From assembly GCA_964432205.1 (NCBI GenBank), contig CAYSMK010000032.1:1-59409 (forward strand): DNA of 59,409 nucleotides, given 5' to 3'. The DNA is from an uncultured Geobacter sp. (GTDB taxonomy: Bacteria > Desulfobacterota > Desulfuromonadia > Geobacterales > DSM-12255). This document shows, piece after piece, positions 38,913 to 49,640 of the stretch. How positions within the stretch are numbered: position 1 is the first letter of the stretch; each line of letters begins with the position of its first letter. The notes under the pieces are model-generated. The model was not told where the DNA came from. It made no database searches and was given only the letters and a program-made list of their open reading frames with translations. Both the position numbers and the translations under genes were made by a program.

Positions 38913-39401
38913 TCAGGAACGGAAGTTCACGAACTGCATCTCCACCCCCAGGTCCTTGCCCTTGAGGAGCTGAATGACCTCCTGCAGGTCGTCGATGTTC
39001 TTGCCGGTAACCCGCACCTGGTCGTCCTGAATCTGCGGCTGCACCTTGAGCTTGGTCTCCTTGATGACCGCGATGATCTCTTTCCCCTTCTCCTTGGAGA
39101 TACCCTGCTGGATGGCGATGTTCTGCCTGACCATGCCACCGGAGGCCGACTCGGTCTTGCCGTACTGCAGCGCCTTGGGAGAAATCCCCCGCTTGATGAA
39201 CTTTGACTGGAGCACCTCGATGACCGCCTTCAGCTTATAGTCGTCATCGGCCAGCACCTTGATGCTCTCGTTTTCCAGACTCACTTCGCTCTTGGACCCC
39301 TTGAAGTCGTAACGCTGGCCGATCTCCTTGATCGCCTGGTTGACCGCGTTGTCCACCTCCTGCATTTCCACCTTCGAGACGATATCAAACGATGGCATCA
39401 A
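38913..39401 (-). CDS. yajQ: YajQ-family (UPF0234) nucleotide/c-di-GMP-binding protein
   Basis: [35 protein letters not shown]...162 aa, strongly YajQ-like throughout. Confidence 0.9.
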   Translation of the reverse strand: MMPSFDIVSKVEMQEVDNAVNQAIKEIGQRYDFKGSKSEVSLENESIKVLADDDYKLKAVIEVLQSKFIKRGISPKALQYGKTESASGGMVRQNIAIQQGISKEKGKEIIAVIKETKLKVQPQIQDDQVRVTGKNIDDLQEVIQLLKGKDLGVEMQFVNFRS

Positions 39402-39420
39402 AAACCTCCTGAAAAAAATC

Positions 39421-39505
39421 AGGTAAAGGTAGAGGCAAAGGTAAAGAACTGCAGGGTAACAGAAGTTCTTTACCTCTACCTTTACCTCTGCCTTTACCTC
39501 TGCCT
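39421..39505. repeat. heptad-repeat (GGTAAAG/CTTTACC) palindrome forming a long hairpin; probable terminator of the upstream LolA-like genes
   Basis: Left arm of GGTAAAG-type heptads and right arm of CTTTACC heptads around the loop GCAGGGTAACAGA. Central 11-bp perfect stem AGTTCTTTACC. Confidence 0.5.
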
Positions 39506-40219
39506 ATTGTCTATGACCTGCACCCCTTGCGGGACCTTGAAGTTGAACCGTTCGCTCCCCATCCCCCGGTTCACCTTAACGTTATGGTACTCGATGACGG
39601 TCCGGTTCCCCATCTGGTCGTAGAGGATTGATGAGATGATCGGAAAGAGGACCTGCGGCTTGCCGCTGGCCCGAAACTGCTCCACCGCGTCCCCCGCCAC
39701 GGTCAGCTGAAGTCTGGCGACGGCCGGTGTCGGCTTCTTGGGGAGCAGTTCCAGCGTGTAATCACCCTTCCGGTCCGGCACCTGGCCGGCAAAACGGATG
39801 GTGAAGTCCTGGGAGAGGCGGCCGAGGCCGGTCAGGTAACTCATGGCGATGGCATTGCCGCCGGCAAAGAGGGCAGCGGCATCGCTCACCATGACCTGGC
39901 TATTCTCCTGCTGGTAAAACCAGACCGTTTTCCCGTCACAGACGATCTGCTGCTTCGGCTTGGCATAATTGAAGCGAAACAGCGGGTGCGCCCCCTTGCC
40001 CTTTTTCAGCAGGAGTTCGCCGCTTCCCTTCTCTTCGCGCTTGATGGCACTGATGGTGGTCCGCTGGCTGAAGCCGGCCTGCAGGTCGTGCAGTGCGCCA
40101 TAGCCTGTTTCCAGGGTGGCGACGACCTCCCGGAGCGTAGCAACGGGTGCGGCCGCAGCCGGTATGGCCAGAGCGGCGACAAGCGCCGCGGTCAACATAA
40201 AGCTGAAAAACCTGAACAT
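39494..40219 (-). CDS. LolA-like outer-membrane lipoprotein carrier family protein (paralogue 1)
   Basis: Signal peptide then LolA-like beta-barrel pattern ([10 protein letters not shown]...[27 protein letters not shown]...[10 protein letters not shown]). Confidence 0.7.
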   Translation of the reverse strand: MFRFFSFMLTAALVAALAIPAAAAPVATLREVVATLETGYGALHDLQAGFSQRTTISAIKREEKGSGELLLKKGKGAHPLFRFNYAKPKQQIVCDGKTVWFYQQENSQVMVSDAAALFAGGNAIAMSYLTGLGRLSQDFTIRFAGQVPDRKGDYTLELLPKKPTPAVARLQLTVAGDAVEQFRASGKPQVLFPIISSILYDQMGNRTVIEYHNVKVNRGMGSERFNFKVPQGVQVIDNRQR

Positions 40220-40290
40220 TATGAAATCCTTGTATGAAGGGAAGATAAACCCTCCCCTCCGCCGGTCACACCCATGTACGGTCGGCCCGC

Positions 40291-41100
40291 TCACCGGCCG
40301 GTCGGCGGCCGCACCACCTGAACGTCTGCCGGGGGCATGAAGCTGAAGAGGAGGTCGGAGAGAAAGACGTTGGTCTTTATGTTGCTGAACTCCATGGTGG
40401 TGGTGTTGCCGTCGGGGTCGATCACCGTGGTGGAGAGAAGGGGAAACTCCAGCTCCGGGCGGTTCAGGGCATAATCGTTGCGCCCCTGGCGGTTGTAGGC
40501 GTGGCGCAGGACCGCATCCTTGTGCACCACCAGCAACAGCTTGGCAATGGATACGCTGGCACGGCGCGGGGTGAGCTCCAGCACGTAATTCCCGGCCACG
40601 TCCCTTACACCGCTGGCAAAGGTGATCTCGAAATCCTTGGAGATGCGGCCAAGCCCCTGGAGAAAGTTGGTGGCCCGGTCCCGCTCCGGATTGAAGCGGG
40701 TATCGGGATCAAAGGTGTCCCGCACATCGCTCAGGATTACCCGACGGTTGTCGGGCTGGTACATCCAGAGGCTCCGGCCGTCACAGATGATCTCCTGGCG
40801 GAGGGGGCGGAAGTAGTCGAAGCGGAACATGAGGGGCTCGGAACCGGTGGCAAGCATCAGGAACATCTGGCCATCGGCCCGCAGTTCCCGATTCTGTGCC
40901 GCAACGGTGGAGCGCTGAAAGAAGTCCGCAGTTACCGTGGTCAGCGGGGGCAGACCGCTCCTGCCGACCCTGAACTGCTGCTCCACCGAGTCGATCACAT
41001 CATTGAGGCCGACCCTGGCCGGCTCAACGGCAAGGGCCTCCAGGGGGATGATCACCCCCAGAAGCAGCACCAGTGCGGAGAACATCCTGAATGACTTCAT
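40291..41100 (-). CDS. LolA-like outer-membrane lipoprotein carrier family protein (paralogue 2)
   Basis: Signal peptide. Same pattern (ADFFQRSTV...MFRFDYFRPLRQEIICDGRSLWMYQPDN...NYVLELTPRR). Confidence 0.7.
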   Translation of the reverse strand: MKSFRMFSALVLLLGVIIPLEALAVEPARVGLNDVIDSVEQQFRVGRSGLPPLTTVTADFFQRSTVAAQNRELRADGQMFLMLATGSEPLMFRFDYFRPLRQEIICDGRSLWMYQPDNRRVILSDVRDTFDPDTRFNPERDRATNFLQGLGRISKDFEITFASGVRDVAGNYVLELTPRRASVSIAKLLLVVHKDAVLRHAYNRQGRNDYALNRPELEFPLLSTTVIDPDGNTTTMEFSNIKTNVFLSDLLFSFMPPADVQVVRPPTGR

Positions 41101-41217
41101 GCAATCCTCCTCTGTTCAGCGACAGATTCTGCCATAACCGATCCTGAGGCGCAACCCGAATATGGCACGCGGGAATCGCGAGCGCCTCGCTCCATCGGGC
41201 CTCCATGCCTCACGGAT

Positions 41218-42816
41218 TCAGGGGACGGGTAGCGTTGCCGGGTCGAGAATCAGCACCACGCTCCCGTCCCCCTGAACTGCACCGCCGGAAAAGCCGCGCA
41301 GGGCCTCCAACGGGCGGCCGAGCGGTTTGCTGTAGACTTCCCGATGGCCAATGATCTCGTCAACGGCAAACCCTACCGTCGCCCCCCGTACTTCACAGTG
41401 AAGCACCGGCAGATGGTCCTGACCTGTCGATGTCGGGGCGGTCCCGAGGATGCTGCCGAGGATCTCCAACCGGAGTTCCGAACCGTCGCAGGTGAAGTAA
41501 AGCCCCCCATCACGCCGGACGATAACGCTCCGATCGAGGTCGCTCGTCCGGCGGATCGCGGTCAGCGGCACTGCCAGCGTCAGGTGTGCTACCCGCACCA
41601 GCAGGACATTGATGATGGCGACCGTTGCCGGTATCCGCAAGGTGATGGTCGTACCGCCCCCCGGTTCCGCATCGATGGCAAGAGCCCCCCCCAGTTGCTG
41701 GACAGCAGTCAACACCGCATCCATGCCGACGCCGCGGCCGGAGACCTCCGTAACCTCACTGGCCGTGGAAAAGCCGGGGAGACAGGTCAGCAGAAACGCC
41801 TGGTGCCGCGGCATCTCCGCGGCCTCGTCGCTCCCGATCACCCCTTTTGCCAGGGCCGATGCCACGATCCTGTCCGGGTCCATCCCCCGGCCATCGTCGC
41901 GCACCGTCACCACGACCCGGTCCAGCTCCCGTTCTACCCGGAGCTGGACGGTCCCGACCGGCGGCTTGCCAACGGCAGTCCGTTCGTCTGCCCGCTCCAG
42001 CCCGTGGTCGACGGCGTTCCTGACAATGTGCAGCAGGGGATCGGCCAGGGCGTCCAGGATGGCCCGGTCCAGTTCGACATCGGTTCCGGAGGCGACCCAC
42101 GACGCCTCTTTGTCCTCTTTGCGGGCCAGGTCCCGCACAACCCTGGGGAGACGGTCGCTGATCGTGGCAAAGGGGAGCAGGCGGGCGGTGGTCACATCGT
42201 CACGCAGGCCGCGAACCAACCGGGTCAGGTCGTTCACCGTCTCCTTCAGCCCCGGCACACCACCATCCGCGGCCAGGAGCTCCAGCCGGTGCCGGATCGT
42301 CAGGAGTTCACCGGCACAGTTCACCAGCCTGTCCAGCAGCATTGTCCTGATCCGCACCGTCTGGAGTTCGTCGCCGGACAGCGCTTCCTTCCGGCCGCTG
42401 GCTCCCTTGCCGCGCTCCGCTGGCAAAGCGGGCTCACCCACTAGCGCGGGATCGTACCCCCTGATCCGGCCGATCAGTTCTTCTGCCGACAAGGCCGACG
42501 TTCCCCCGTCAACCCCATCCACCATGAGATGAAGGAGATCGATCCCCTCCAGAAACAGGTCGGCCACCCCCTTGGCAAACGGCAGCCCCTTCCTGACCCG
42601 GTCCATGAGATCTTCCAGGGCATGGGCCAGTTCGGTGATTGCCTCCAGTTCAAGCGAGGCAGCCATCCCCTTCACCGAGTGGGCGGCGCGAAACAGTGCG
42701 GCAATGCCGTCCGGATCGGCTGTTCCCTGCTCAAGGGCCACGACCAGTTGGGACATGGTCTGAAGATGCTCGCGGGTCTCGCTCACGAAGAGATCGCGGT
42801 ACTGCGACATGTCCAT
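41218..42816 (-). CDS. cheA: CheA histidine kinase
   Basis: Hpt (AAHSVKGMAASL). Dimerisation domain. HATPase_c. C-terminal CheW-like domain. Confidence 0.9.
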   Translation of the reverse strand: MDMSQYRDLFVSETREHLQTMSQLVVALEQGTADPDGIAALFRAAHSVKGMAASLELEAITELAHALEDLMDRVRKGLPFAKGVADLFLEGIDLLHLMVDGVDGGTSALSAEELIGRIRGYDPALVGEPALPAERGKGASGRKEALSGDELQTVRIRTMLLDRLVNCAGELLTIRHRLELLAADGGVPGLKETVNDLTRLVRGLRDDVTTARLLPFATISDRLPRVVRDLARKEDKEASWVASGTDVELDRAILDALADPLLHIVRNAVDHGLERADERTAVGKPPVGTVQLRVERELDRVVVTVRDDGRGMDPDRIVASALAKGVIGSDEAAEMPRHQAFLLTCLPGFSTASEVTEVSGRGVGMDAVLTAVQQLGGALAIDAEPGGGTTITLRIPATVAIINVLLVRVAHLTLAVPLTAIRRTSDLDRSVIVRRDGGLYFTCDGSELRLEILGSILGTAPTSTGQDHLPVLHCEVRGATVGFAVDEIIGHREVYSKPLGRPLEALRGFSGGAVQGDGSVVLILDPATLPVP

Positions 42817-42819
42817 GGG

Positions 42820-43215
42820 CTACCCCCTGCCTTTTTCGGCAACCGGCTGAAACAGGGCGGCAATGGCGGCTTCCAGGCGGGAAAGGAGCGTCTGCGGATC
42901 GATCGGGGTGGCAGCGGGATCGCCCGTCACCACCAACTGCTCCACACCGGTCACCAGCAGGGCGAGCGCTGCGACTTTCCGATCGAACAACAGGCAGTGG
43001 GAAGGGGGATCTGCAGCGGGAATCTCCAGGAAACGGGCAAGATCCACGGCAGCGGTAAGTTCACCGTGCAGCGAGCAGACGCCGACGAGCCAGTCCGGCG
43101 CCCGGGGAACCGGGGAACAGGCCGGCACCGGCAGGAGTTCAACCACCGCGGCCACCGGCAGAAGGTAGCGTGCCTCGCCGATACGCACCAGGAGGCAGTG
43201 TTCGCCAGCAGTCAT
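42820..43215 (-). CDS. cheW: CheW-like coupling protein
   Basis: Single CheW domain. Start overlaps the upstream MCP stop. Confidence 0.8.
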   Translation of the reverse strand: MTAGEHCLLVRIGEARYLLPVAAVVELLPVPACSPVPRAPDWLVGVCSLHGELTAAVDLARFLEIPAADPPSHCLLFDRKVAALALLVTGVEQLVVTGDPAATPIDPQTLLSRLEAAIAALFQPVAEKGRG

Positions 43216-44495
43216 TGTCCGCCCGTCTCGGCCTCGGCAGGGATGCTGAAGCGTTCAACGGCCTGGAGCAGGGTAGCCGCCAGCTGCGCCAGTTCCTGGC
43301 TCGCACCGGCCATCTCCTGCATGGCAGCCGACTGCTCCTCGGTAGCAGCCGAGACCTCCTCGGTTGAAGCAGCATTGTCCTCGGCTACCCGGGCAATATC
43401 GTCGATGGCCTGCACCATTTTTCCGGCACCCTGAGTCTGCATCTGGGAAAGATCGGCGATGCTGTTCGCCTTTCGTTCCGTTTCCAGAACCGTTTTCAGG
43501 ATCTCGGCAAATACCGTTGCCGTGGTAGCGACATGTTTCTTGCCTTCGCCGATCTGCCGGGAGCTGTCGGCAAATGCGGCATGCACGGTCTGGCTCTGCC
43601 CTTTGATCTGCTCGACCAGGTCGATGATGTCGGCAGCGGACCTCCCGGTCCCGTCGGCCAGTTTACGGACCTCCTCGGCGACCACGGCAAACCCCTTGCC
43701 GTATTCGCCGGCCCGGACCGCCTCAATGGAGGCATTGAGAGCCAGCATGTTGGTCTGGCGAGCAATCTCGCTGATCACGTCGGCAATCTTCCCCACCTGC
43801 TGCAGCTTGGCATTCAGGTCGGCAAACTGTCGCCCGGACGTCTCTACCCCGTCGAGAAACGACTTCATCCGGTCGAGCGCACCGTTGGCCAGCTCTCCGC
43901 CCCGCTGGGCCGTCAGGCTGGTCTCCCGGGCAGCAACGGCTGACTCCTTCGCCCGTTTCGCCACCAGTTCGATCGAGATGGCCATCTCGTGGATGGTCTT
44001 TGAACTCCGGCCCACCATCTCCGACTGGTTCTCGGCACCGTGGGAAATCTGTTCGATCGCCTGGGCGACCTCTTCCGTGGAGGCATTGATCTCCAGGGCA
44101 GATGCCGACAAGGTACGGGCCGAGTCGGAGACATGGCCCGAGACCTCCCGGATCTGCCGGACCAGGGACTGCAGGTTCGACACCATCGTGGCGAGCGCCC
44201 TGGCCATGGCCTCGGTTTCATCGGGGAAACGGCTCGCCGGCACGTCGACTGCACAGGTCAGGTCTCCCCGGCTGATCCCCTCGGTTGCGGCGGTCAGGGC
44301 ACCGATCCGCCGGTTGAAGCTCCGGGTGAAGAACCACCCGAGGATCAGGCCGATGGTCAGTGCCACCAGATAGGAAAGGATACTGGTCAGCTCGGGTGGG
44401 TAGCCGAGCAGGCGGACAGCGGCCGGAACAAAGGCAACGGTCGCCACCACGACCACGAAACCGAGGATGAACTTGTAGCCTATGGGAACATGCAT
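43212..44495 (-). CDS. methyl-accepting chemotaxis protein (short periplasmic loop, HAMP, MCP domain)
   Basis: Conserved MCP hairpin ([44 protein letters not shown]). Confidence 0.9.
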   Translation of the reverse strand: MHVPIGYKFILGFVVVVATVAFVPAAVRLLGYPPELTSILSYLVALTIGLILGWFFTRSFNRRIGALTAATEGISRGDLTCAVDVPASRFPDETEAMARALATMVSNLQSLVRQIREVSGHVSDSARTLSASALEINASTEEVAQAIEQISHGAENQSEMVGRSSKTIHEMAISIELVAKRAKESAVAARETSLTAQRGGELANGALDRMKSFLDGVETSGRQFADLNAKLQQVGKIADVISEIARQTNMLALNASIEAVRAGEYGKGFAVVAEEVRKLADGTGRSAADIIDLVEQIKGQSQTVHAAFADSSRQIGEGKKHVATTATVFAEILKTVLETERKANSIADLSQMQTQGAGKMVQAIDDIARVAEDNAASTEEVSAATEEQSAAMQEMAGASQELAQLAATLLQAVERFSIPAEAETGGQ

Positions 44496-44514
44496 GGAAG
44501 GCCCTCCGGGGGAG

Positions 44515-44613
44515 TGCTGCGTTCAGCGTGCTGCGTGAAGTCTAGCGTGCGCGACGGGATATGCAATTCTCATCGCACGTTTAACCCTGAACGCAGCACG
44601 CTGAACGCTGAAC
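44515..44613. repeat. 19-bp inverted repeat (18/19 match) in the cheR-MCP intergenic region
   Basis: TGCGTTCAGCGTGCTGCGT ... ACGCAGCACGCTGAACGCT separated by about 55 nt. Potential long hairpin in the operon mRNA. Confidence 0.7.
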
Positions 44614-45471
44614 TCATTTATTGACCCGGTAGATCCGCTCCACCGGGCAGATGGTCTGGAAGAGCCGGCGGTTTTCGCCGAAGAGGGTCTCGGACTTGCC
44701 GAGTACCAGAATGCCACCGGGACGAAGGACACGGGCGAAGTTACGGATGATCCGTTCCTGCTGGACCCGCTCGAAATAGATCAGGACATTTCGGCAGAGA
44801 ATCAGGTCGCAGTCCTCATAGGCATCGGTGTCGAACATGTCGGCCTGGTGGAAAGAGACCATCTGCAGGATTTCGGGTTTCAACTGATACCGGTCCGCCT
44901 GCGGGGTGAAGTAAGCGTTACGGAAAGGAGGGGGAAGTTCTGCCAGCCGTTCTTCGACATAACTCCCCTGACGGGCAGCGGCAAGGACCTGGGCCTCGAT
45001 GTCCGTTGCAACAATCTCTATATCGGTCCCCGGGAAGAATGGCATCAGATCGCGCAGCACCATGGCCAGGGTATAGGGCTCTTCCCCCCCTGCACAGCCC
45101 ACGCTCCAGACCCTGAGTGGCGACCTCTCCTGGCGGCAACGCCTCATCAGGGAGGGGAGCACCTCGTTTTTCAGCTTCTCGAACGTCGGAGGATTGCGAT
45201 AGAACTGGCTGACATGGATGGTCAGCACCTTCAGGAGCCGGTCCAGTTCGACCTCGTTCTCCTGAAGCAGGGTGCAGTACTCACGTGCCGTTGCACAGTG
45301 GTTGGCACGTATCCGGATGGATATCCGCCGCCGGACGCACTTGTCCTTATAACAGTCGAGCCTGAACCCCCGTTGCTCCAGGAGCAGCCGCTGAATGACG
45401 AGGAGTTCCTCCTCGCCGATCTCGGCAACGGGTGGCACAGACTGAATCGTGTGCGGCGCTGATGCGGGCAT
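44614..45471 (-). CDS. cheR: CheR chemotaxis methyltransferase
   Basis: CheR N-terminal domain plus SAM-MTase (RVWSVGCAGGEEPYTLAMVL, LILCRNVLIYF). Confidence 0.9.
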   Translation of the reverse strand: MPASAPHTIQSVPPVAEIGEEELLVIQRLLLEQRGFRLDCYKDKCVRRRISIRIRANHCATAREYCTLLQENEVELDRLLKVLTIHVSQFYRNPPTFEKLKNEVLPSLMRRCRQERSPLRVWSVGCAGGEEPYTLAMVLRDLMPFFPGTDIEIVATDIEAQVLAAARQGSYVEERLAELPPPFRNAYFTPQADRYQLKPEILQMVSFHQADMFDTDAYEDCDLILCRNVLIYFERVQQERIIRNFARVLRPGGILVLGKSETLFGENRRLFQTICPVERIYRVNK

Positions 45472-45478
45472 GGTAACC

Positions 45479-46462
45479 TTAACGAAAATGATCGAATCCG
45501 CCCGGGCCGGGCTCCCAGGGCAGACCGTCGGGACCGGTTACGGTTATCCCCGGTTCGGGACGTATCCCGCCGATGATCGTAACCTCTGTTCCGGCAGCCG
45601 CGAAGAGCTCCTGTGCCATCGGCCATCGGTCTTTGGCAAGAGTGAACAGTAGTTCGTAATCTTCGCCCCCGGTAAGGGCGGGACCGAACGTAGCCACGGA
45701 AAGCCGGTCAACCGCCTCCCGGTATGCTTCCGAAAGGGGAAGGCGGGCCAGTTCGATGCTGGCGCCATATCCCGACTGGTCGAGGATATGTCCCAGGTCG
45801 GCCATAATCCCGTCGCTCACGTCGATCATGGCGCCAGGCAGCCCGGCCGCTGCCAGCCGCTCCCCTTCGCGCAGCCGCGGCGTAGGATCCAGATGCCGCA
45901 GGACACACCACCCTTCCCTCTCGCCACGCCGCAGGAGCTCCAGCCCCACAGCCGCGTCCCCCACACTGCCGCTGACGCAGATCAGCTCACCCGGCTGCGC
46001 CCCGGCCCGGGTAACGACCTTTGCAGGCTCCTGCTCCCCCATGACGGTAACGGAGATGACCAGACCGGACTTTGAACTGCAGGTGTCGCCGCCGACCAGC
46101 GACACGCCGTGCTCCTCGGCCATGGCCAGGAACCCGGCGGTAAAGATGTCGAGAAATTCAACGGAAATGGTTGGCGGGATGGCCAGGGCCAGGAGCACGA
46201 AGCGGGGACGTCCCCCCATGGCGGCGATGTCGGAGAGGTTGACAGCAAGGGACTTGCGCCCCAGGCAGTAGGGGTCGCTGTAGGAGAGGTCGAAATGCAC
46301 CCCCTCCACCAGCATGTCGGTCGAGGTGAGGGTTACCTTACCGGGAACAGGTTCGGTGACTGCGGCATCGTCGCCGATGCCGAGCCGCACGCCGTCCCGA
46401 AGGGTTACGGTCCGGGAGAGCCGGTCGATAAAACCGAACTCCCCCAGTTCCCTAAGCTTCAC
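45479..46462 (-). CDS. thiL: thiamine-monophosphate kinase
   Basis: [15 protein letters not shown]...GIGDDAAV...AIR-synthase-related fold with ThiL-type N-terminus. Confidence 0.85.
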   Translation of the reverse strand: MKLRELGEFGFIDRLSRTVTLRDGVRLGIGDDAAVTEPVPGKVTLTSTDMLVEGVHFDLSYSDPYCLGRKSLAVNLSDIAAMGGRPRFVLLALAIPPTISVEFLDIFTAGFLAMAEEHGVSLVGGDTCSSKSGLVISVTVMGEQEPAKVVTRAGAQPGELICVSGSVGDAAVGLELLRRGEREGWCVLRHLDPTPRLREGERLAAAGLPGAMIDVSDGIMADLGHILDQSGYGASIELARLPLSEAYREAVDRLSVATFGPALTGGEDYELLFTLAKDRWPMAQELFAAAGTEVTIIGGIRPEPGITVTGPDGLPWEPGPGGFDHFR

Positions 46463-48920
46463 CCGTTCCTCTGACCCTCACCCCTTTGCGCGGGGTGACC
46501 AGGACCTTGCGGGGGGTGGCCTTCACCTTTGCCGGCGGCTTGCCGGCCGTCGGCGGCGGATACGTCTCCAGGGCAACCTTCAGCACATCGTCGATCTCCC
46601 GTGCGGAGACTACCGTTACCTTCTTGAGGATCTGCTTCGGCACGTCCACCAGGTCCTTCCTGTTCTGTTCGGGAATGATGATGGTGCTGATCCCGGCCCG
46701 GATGGCCGCCAGCATCTTCTCCTTGAGCCCGCCGATGGGGAGCACCTTGCCGCGCAGGGTGATCTCGCCGGTCATGGCCACGTCCTTTCTGACCTTCACC
46801 CTGGTCAGTGCCGAAACCAGGGCCGTTGCCATGGTGATGCCGGCCGACGGACCATCCTTGGGTATCGCTCCGGCCGGCACATGGACGTGGATATCCTGAC
46901 CGGCAAAGAAATCTTCCTCCAGGTTCAGCTCCCTGGCCCGGGTCCGGATGTAGGATAAGGCCGCCTGCACCGACTCCTTCATGACGTCCCCCAGGTGCCC
47001 GGTCAGGGTGAGGGCACCCTTCCCCTTCATCACCGTCGCCTCGATGTAGAGGATCTCTCCTCCCACCGGCGTCCAGGCCAGACCGGTGACCACCCCCACC
47101 TCGTTGCGATCCATCTCCTCTTCCCGGAGAAACTTGGGCGGACCGAGGTAGCGATGGACGGCAGAGGCGTTGATGGTGAACCGCCGCTTCTCTCCCTCGG
47201 CCACCCGGCGGGCCACTTTCCGGCAGACCGAGCCGATCTCCCGCTCCAGATTGCGCAGCCCCGCCTCGCGGGTGTATTTGCCGATGATGGTCTTGATCGA
47301 CTCGTCGGAGAAGGCGATATGCTTGTCCGTGATCCCGTTCTCCGTGGTCTGGCGCGGCACCAGATAGCGCTTGGCGATCTCCAGCTTTTCCTCCTCGGTA
47401 TAGCCCGAGAGGTTGATCACCTCCATCCGGTCCTGGAGCGGACCGGGCACCGTGTCGATCTGGTTGGCCGTGGCGATGAACATCACGTTGGACAGGTTGA
47501 ACGGCAGGTTGATGTAGTGGTCCGAGAACGTGTGGTTCTGCTCCGGGTCCAGGACCTCCAGCAGGGCCGACGAGGGATCGCCGCGGAAATCGTTGCCGAG
47601 CTTGTCCAGTTCGTCCAGCATGAACACCGGGTTATTGGTTCCGGCCTGCTTCAGCCCCTGGATGATCCTGCCCGGCAGCGCGCCGACGTAGGTGCGCCGG
47701 TGGCCGCGGATCTCCGCCTCGTCCCGCACGCCCCCCAGGGATATCCGGACGAACTTGCGCCCCATGGCCCTGGCAATCGATTTCCCCAGTGAGGTCTTGC
47801 CGACACCGGGCGGGCCGACAAAGCAGAGGATCGGCCCCTTCATCTTCTTTTTCAGCTTGCGCACCGCCAGGAACTCCAGGATCCGCTCCTTGATCTTGTC
47901 CAGATAGTAGTGGTCCTCGTCCAGGATCTCCTTGGCCCGGATGATCTCCAGAGAGTCCTTGGTCGCCTTGCTCCAGGGGATGTCCACCATCCAGTCCAGA
48001 TAGGTCCGGAGCATCCCCGACTCTGCTGCATCGGGATGCATCTGCTCCAGCCTTCCCAACTGTTTGAGCGCCTCTTTCTCGATTGCGGCGGGCATTTTGG
48101 CCTGCTCGATCGCCTTGCGGAGTTCGGAGATCTCCTCGGAACGGGCGTCGGTCTCCCCCAGTTCCTGCTGGATCGCCCTGAGCTGCTCCCGGAGGTAGTA
48201 CTCCCGCTGGCTCTTCCCCATCTCCTCCTTGGCCGCGGTCTGGATGCGGGCCTGCATGCTGAGGAGCTCGTGCTCCTTGATCAGCAGCTCGTTCACCTTG
48301 GTGAGCCGCTCCACCGGATCGAAGATCTCCAGGAGCCCCTGGGCCTCCTCCACCTTGAGCCCGATGTTGCTCGCCACCAGATCGGCAAAGCTGCCCGGTT
48401 CCTGCATGTTTTCCACGATGACCATCACCTCGGGAGAGATCACCTTGCCCAGGGCGATGATCTTGGCGAGCTGATCCTTCACCGCCCGCATCAACGCCTC
48501 GACCTCCAGGGACCCTTCCGGCGGCTGCGTCTCGTGTATCCGCTCGATATGCACCGAGTAATAGGGCTTTTCACTCTCGTAGGAGAGGATGCGCCCCTTG
48601 ACCAGCCCCTGGACCAGGATCTTCACCCGCCCGTCCGGAAGCTTCAGCATCCGCATGATCATGGCCACCGTGCCAACGGTGTAGATGGCGTCCGGCGCCG
48701 GGTCCTCGTCGCTCACCTCCTTCTGGGTGGCGAGGAAGATGAGGCGGTCTCCCGAGAGGGCCTGGTCGACGGCATTGATGGATATCTCCCTCCCCACGAA
48801 CAGGGGGAGGATCATGTAGGGATAGACCACCACGTCCCGCACCGGCAGCAGGGGGAGGATATCGGGAATCTTCAGCTCTTCGTTGTCCTGCTTGGACTCT
48901 ATTTCCATTTCCATTTCCAT
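46452..48920 (-). CDS. lon: ATP-dependent Lon protease
   Basis: Lon N-terminal domain. AAA+ ([15 protein letters not shown]). C-terminal S16 protease with catalytic [15 protein letters not shown]. Start at [10 protein letters not shown] within the longer ORF. Confidence 0.95.
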   Translation of the reverse strand: MEMEMEIESKQDNEELKIPDILPLLPVRDVVVYPYMILPLFVGREISINAVDQALSGDRLIFLATQKEVSDEDPAPDAIYTVGTVAMIMRMLKLPDGRVKILVQGLVKGRILSYESEKPYYSVHIERIHETQPPEGSLEVEALMRAVKDQLAKIIALGKVISPEVMVIVENMQEPGSFADLVASNIGLKVEEAQGLLEIFDPVERLTKVNELLIKEHELLSMQARIQTAAKEEMGKSQREYYLREQLRAIQQELGETDARSEEISELRKAIEQAKMPAAIEKEALKQLGRLEQMHPDAAESGMLRTYLDWMVDIPWSKATKDSLEIIRAKEILDEDHYYLDKIKERILEFLAVRKLKKKMKGPILCFVGPPGVGKTSLGKSIARAMGRKFVRISLGGVRDEAEIRGHRRTYVGALPGRIIQGLKQAGTNNPVFMLDELDKLGNDFRGDPSSALLEVLDPEQNHTFSDHYINLPFNLSNVMFIATANQIDTVPGPLQDRMEVINLSGYTEEEKLEIAKRYLVPRQTTENGITDKHIAFSDESIKTIIGKYTREAGLRNLEREIGSVCRKVARRVAEGEKRRFTINASAVHRYLGPPKFLREEEMDRNEVGVVTGLAWTPVGGEILYIEATVMKGKGALTLTGHLGDVMKESVQAALSYIRTRARELNLEEDFFAGQDIHVHVPAGAIPKDGPSAGITMATALVSALTRVKVRKDVAMTGEITLRGKVLPIGGLKEKMLAAIRAGISTIIIPEQNRKDLVDVPKQILKKVTVVSAREIDDVLKVALETYPPPTAGKPPAKVKATPRKVLVTPRKGVRVRGTGEA

Positions 48921-48925
48921 TGACG

Positions 48926-49381
48926 TCAGTCTCCTTGCTGGATCGGAATGGTCCTGACGATTGCAGTCCGCTCTCTCTTGAGCGGAAAGGTCACCAGGAG
49001 CACCCCCTTGTCGTACCGGGCTTCCGCCCCTTCCCGATCGCATGCCGGCGGGATTTCCAAGGCCCGGCAGAAACGGCCGAAATGCCTTTCCAGACAGATA
49101 TACGTCTGGGAGCCCTGTCCCCCGCACTCCTTCCCCTTCTGCCCCTCGATGACCAGCGTATTGCAGCAGATGGTGAGGCGCAGCTCACTGAGCGGGAAGC
49201 CCGGCAGTTCTATTTCGATGCAGTAATTATCCGCTGTTTCGTAAATATCCAGGAGCGGCGTAAACTCCCGCTCGCCCAATTGGTCGGGGCGTTCCAGTCC
49301 TGAAAGAAAGGTGAATATTTCATTCATTTGCTGACGGAACAGCATCAGCCAGCCGAGCGGATCCTTCGGAATAACGGACAT
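48926..49381 (-). CDS. Hsp20/alpha-crystallin small heat-shock protein
   Basis: Alpha-crystallin domain ([21 protein letters not shown]...GVLLVTFP). 6 bp upstream of lon. Confidence 0.85.
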   Translation of the reverse strand: MSVIPKDPLGWLMLFRQQMNEIFTFLSGLERPDQLGEREFTPLLDIYETADNYCIEIELPGFPLSELRLTICCNTLVIEGQKGKECGGQGSQTYICLERHFGRFCRALEIPPACDREGAEARYDKGVLLVTFPLKRERTAIVRTIPIQQGD

Positions 49382-49640
49382 GGCACTCCCCTGAAGCAGG
49401 GCTTGAAATATGCATTCATGTAATCATTTTTCAGCTGAAAGTCAAGGGAAGGCGCCGGCCAGGGGACTCCCGGAGCCGCACCAATCGGCGGATACATGAG
49501 AACTCGTTGAAATATGGCCCTATGCTGTGTATACTTCGCATTTTTCCGGAACCGGCGATCAGCCATGGGTAACGGTTCGCCCCCCTTGCATACGGCTTTT
49601 GCCAGATCACCACACGTACGCAGCACTGGAGAGAACCTAC

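Noticed and set aside
46995-48923. Plus-strand ORFs of 265 and 337 aa inside lon
   Set aside because: They are antisense to Lon. Leu/Gly/Asp/His-rich translations mirror the Lon codon composition.
49382-49500. Sigma-32 or CIRCE heat-shock control element upstream of hsp20-lon
   Set aside because: The minus-strand sequence has CCCTTGACTTT and an ATGCAT-centred partial palindrome, but neither a CIRCE inverted repeat (TTAGCACTC-N9-GAGTGCTAA) nor a clean CTTGAAA-N13-15-CCCCATNT sigma-32 match. Not enough to call.
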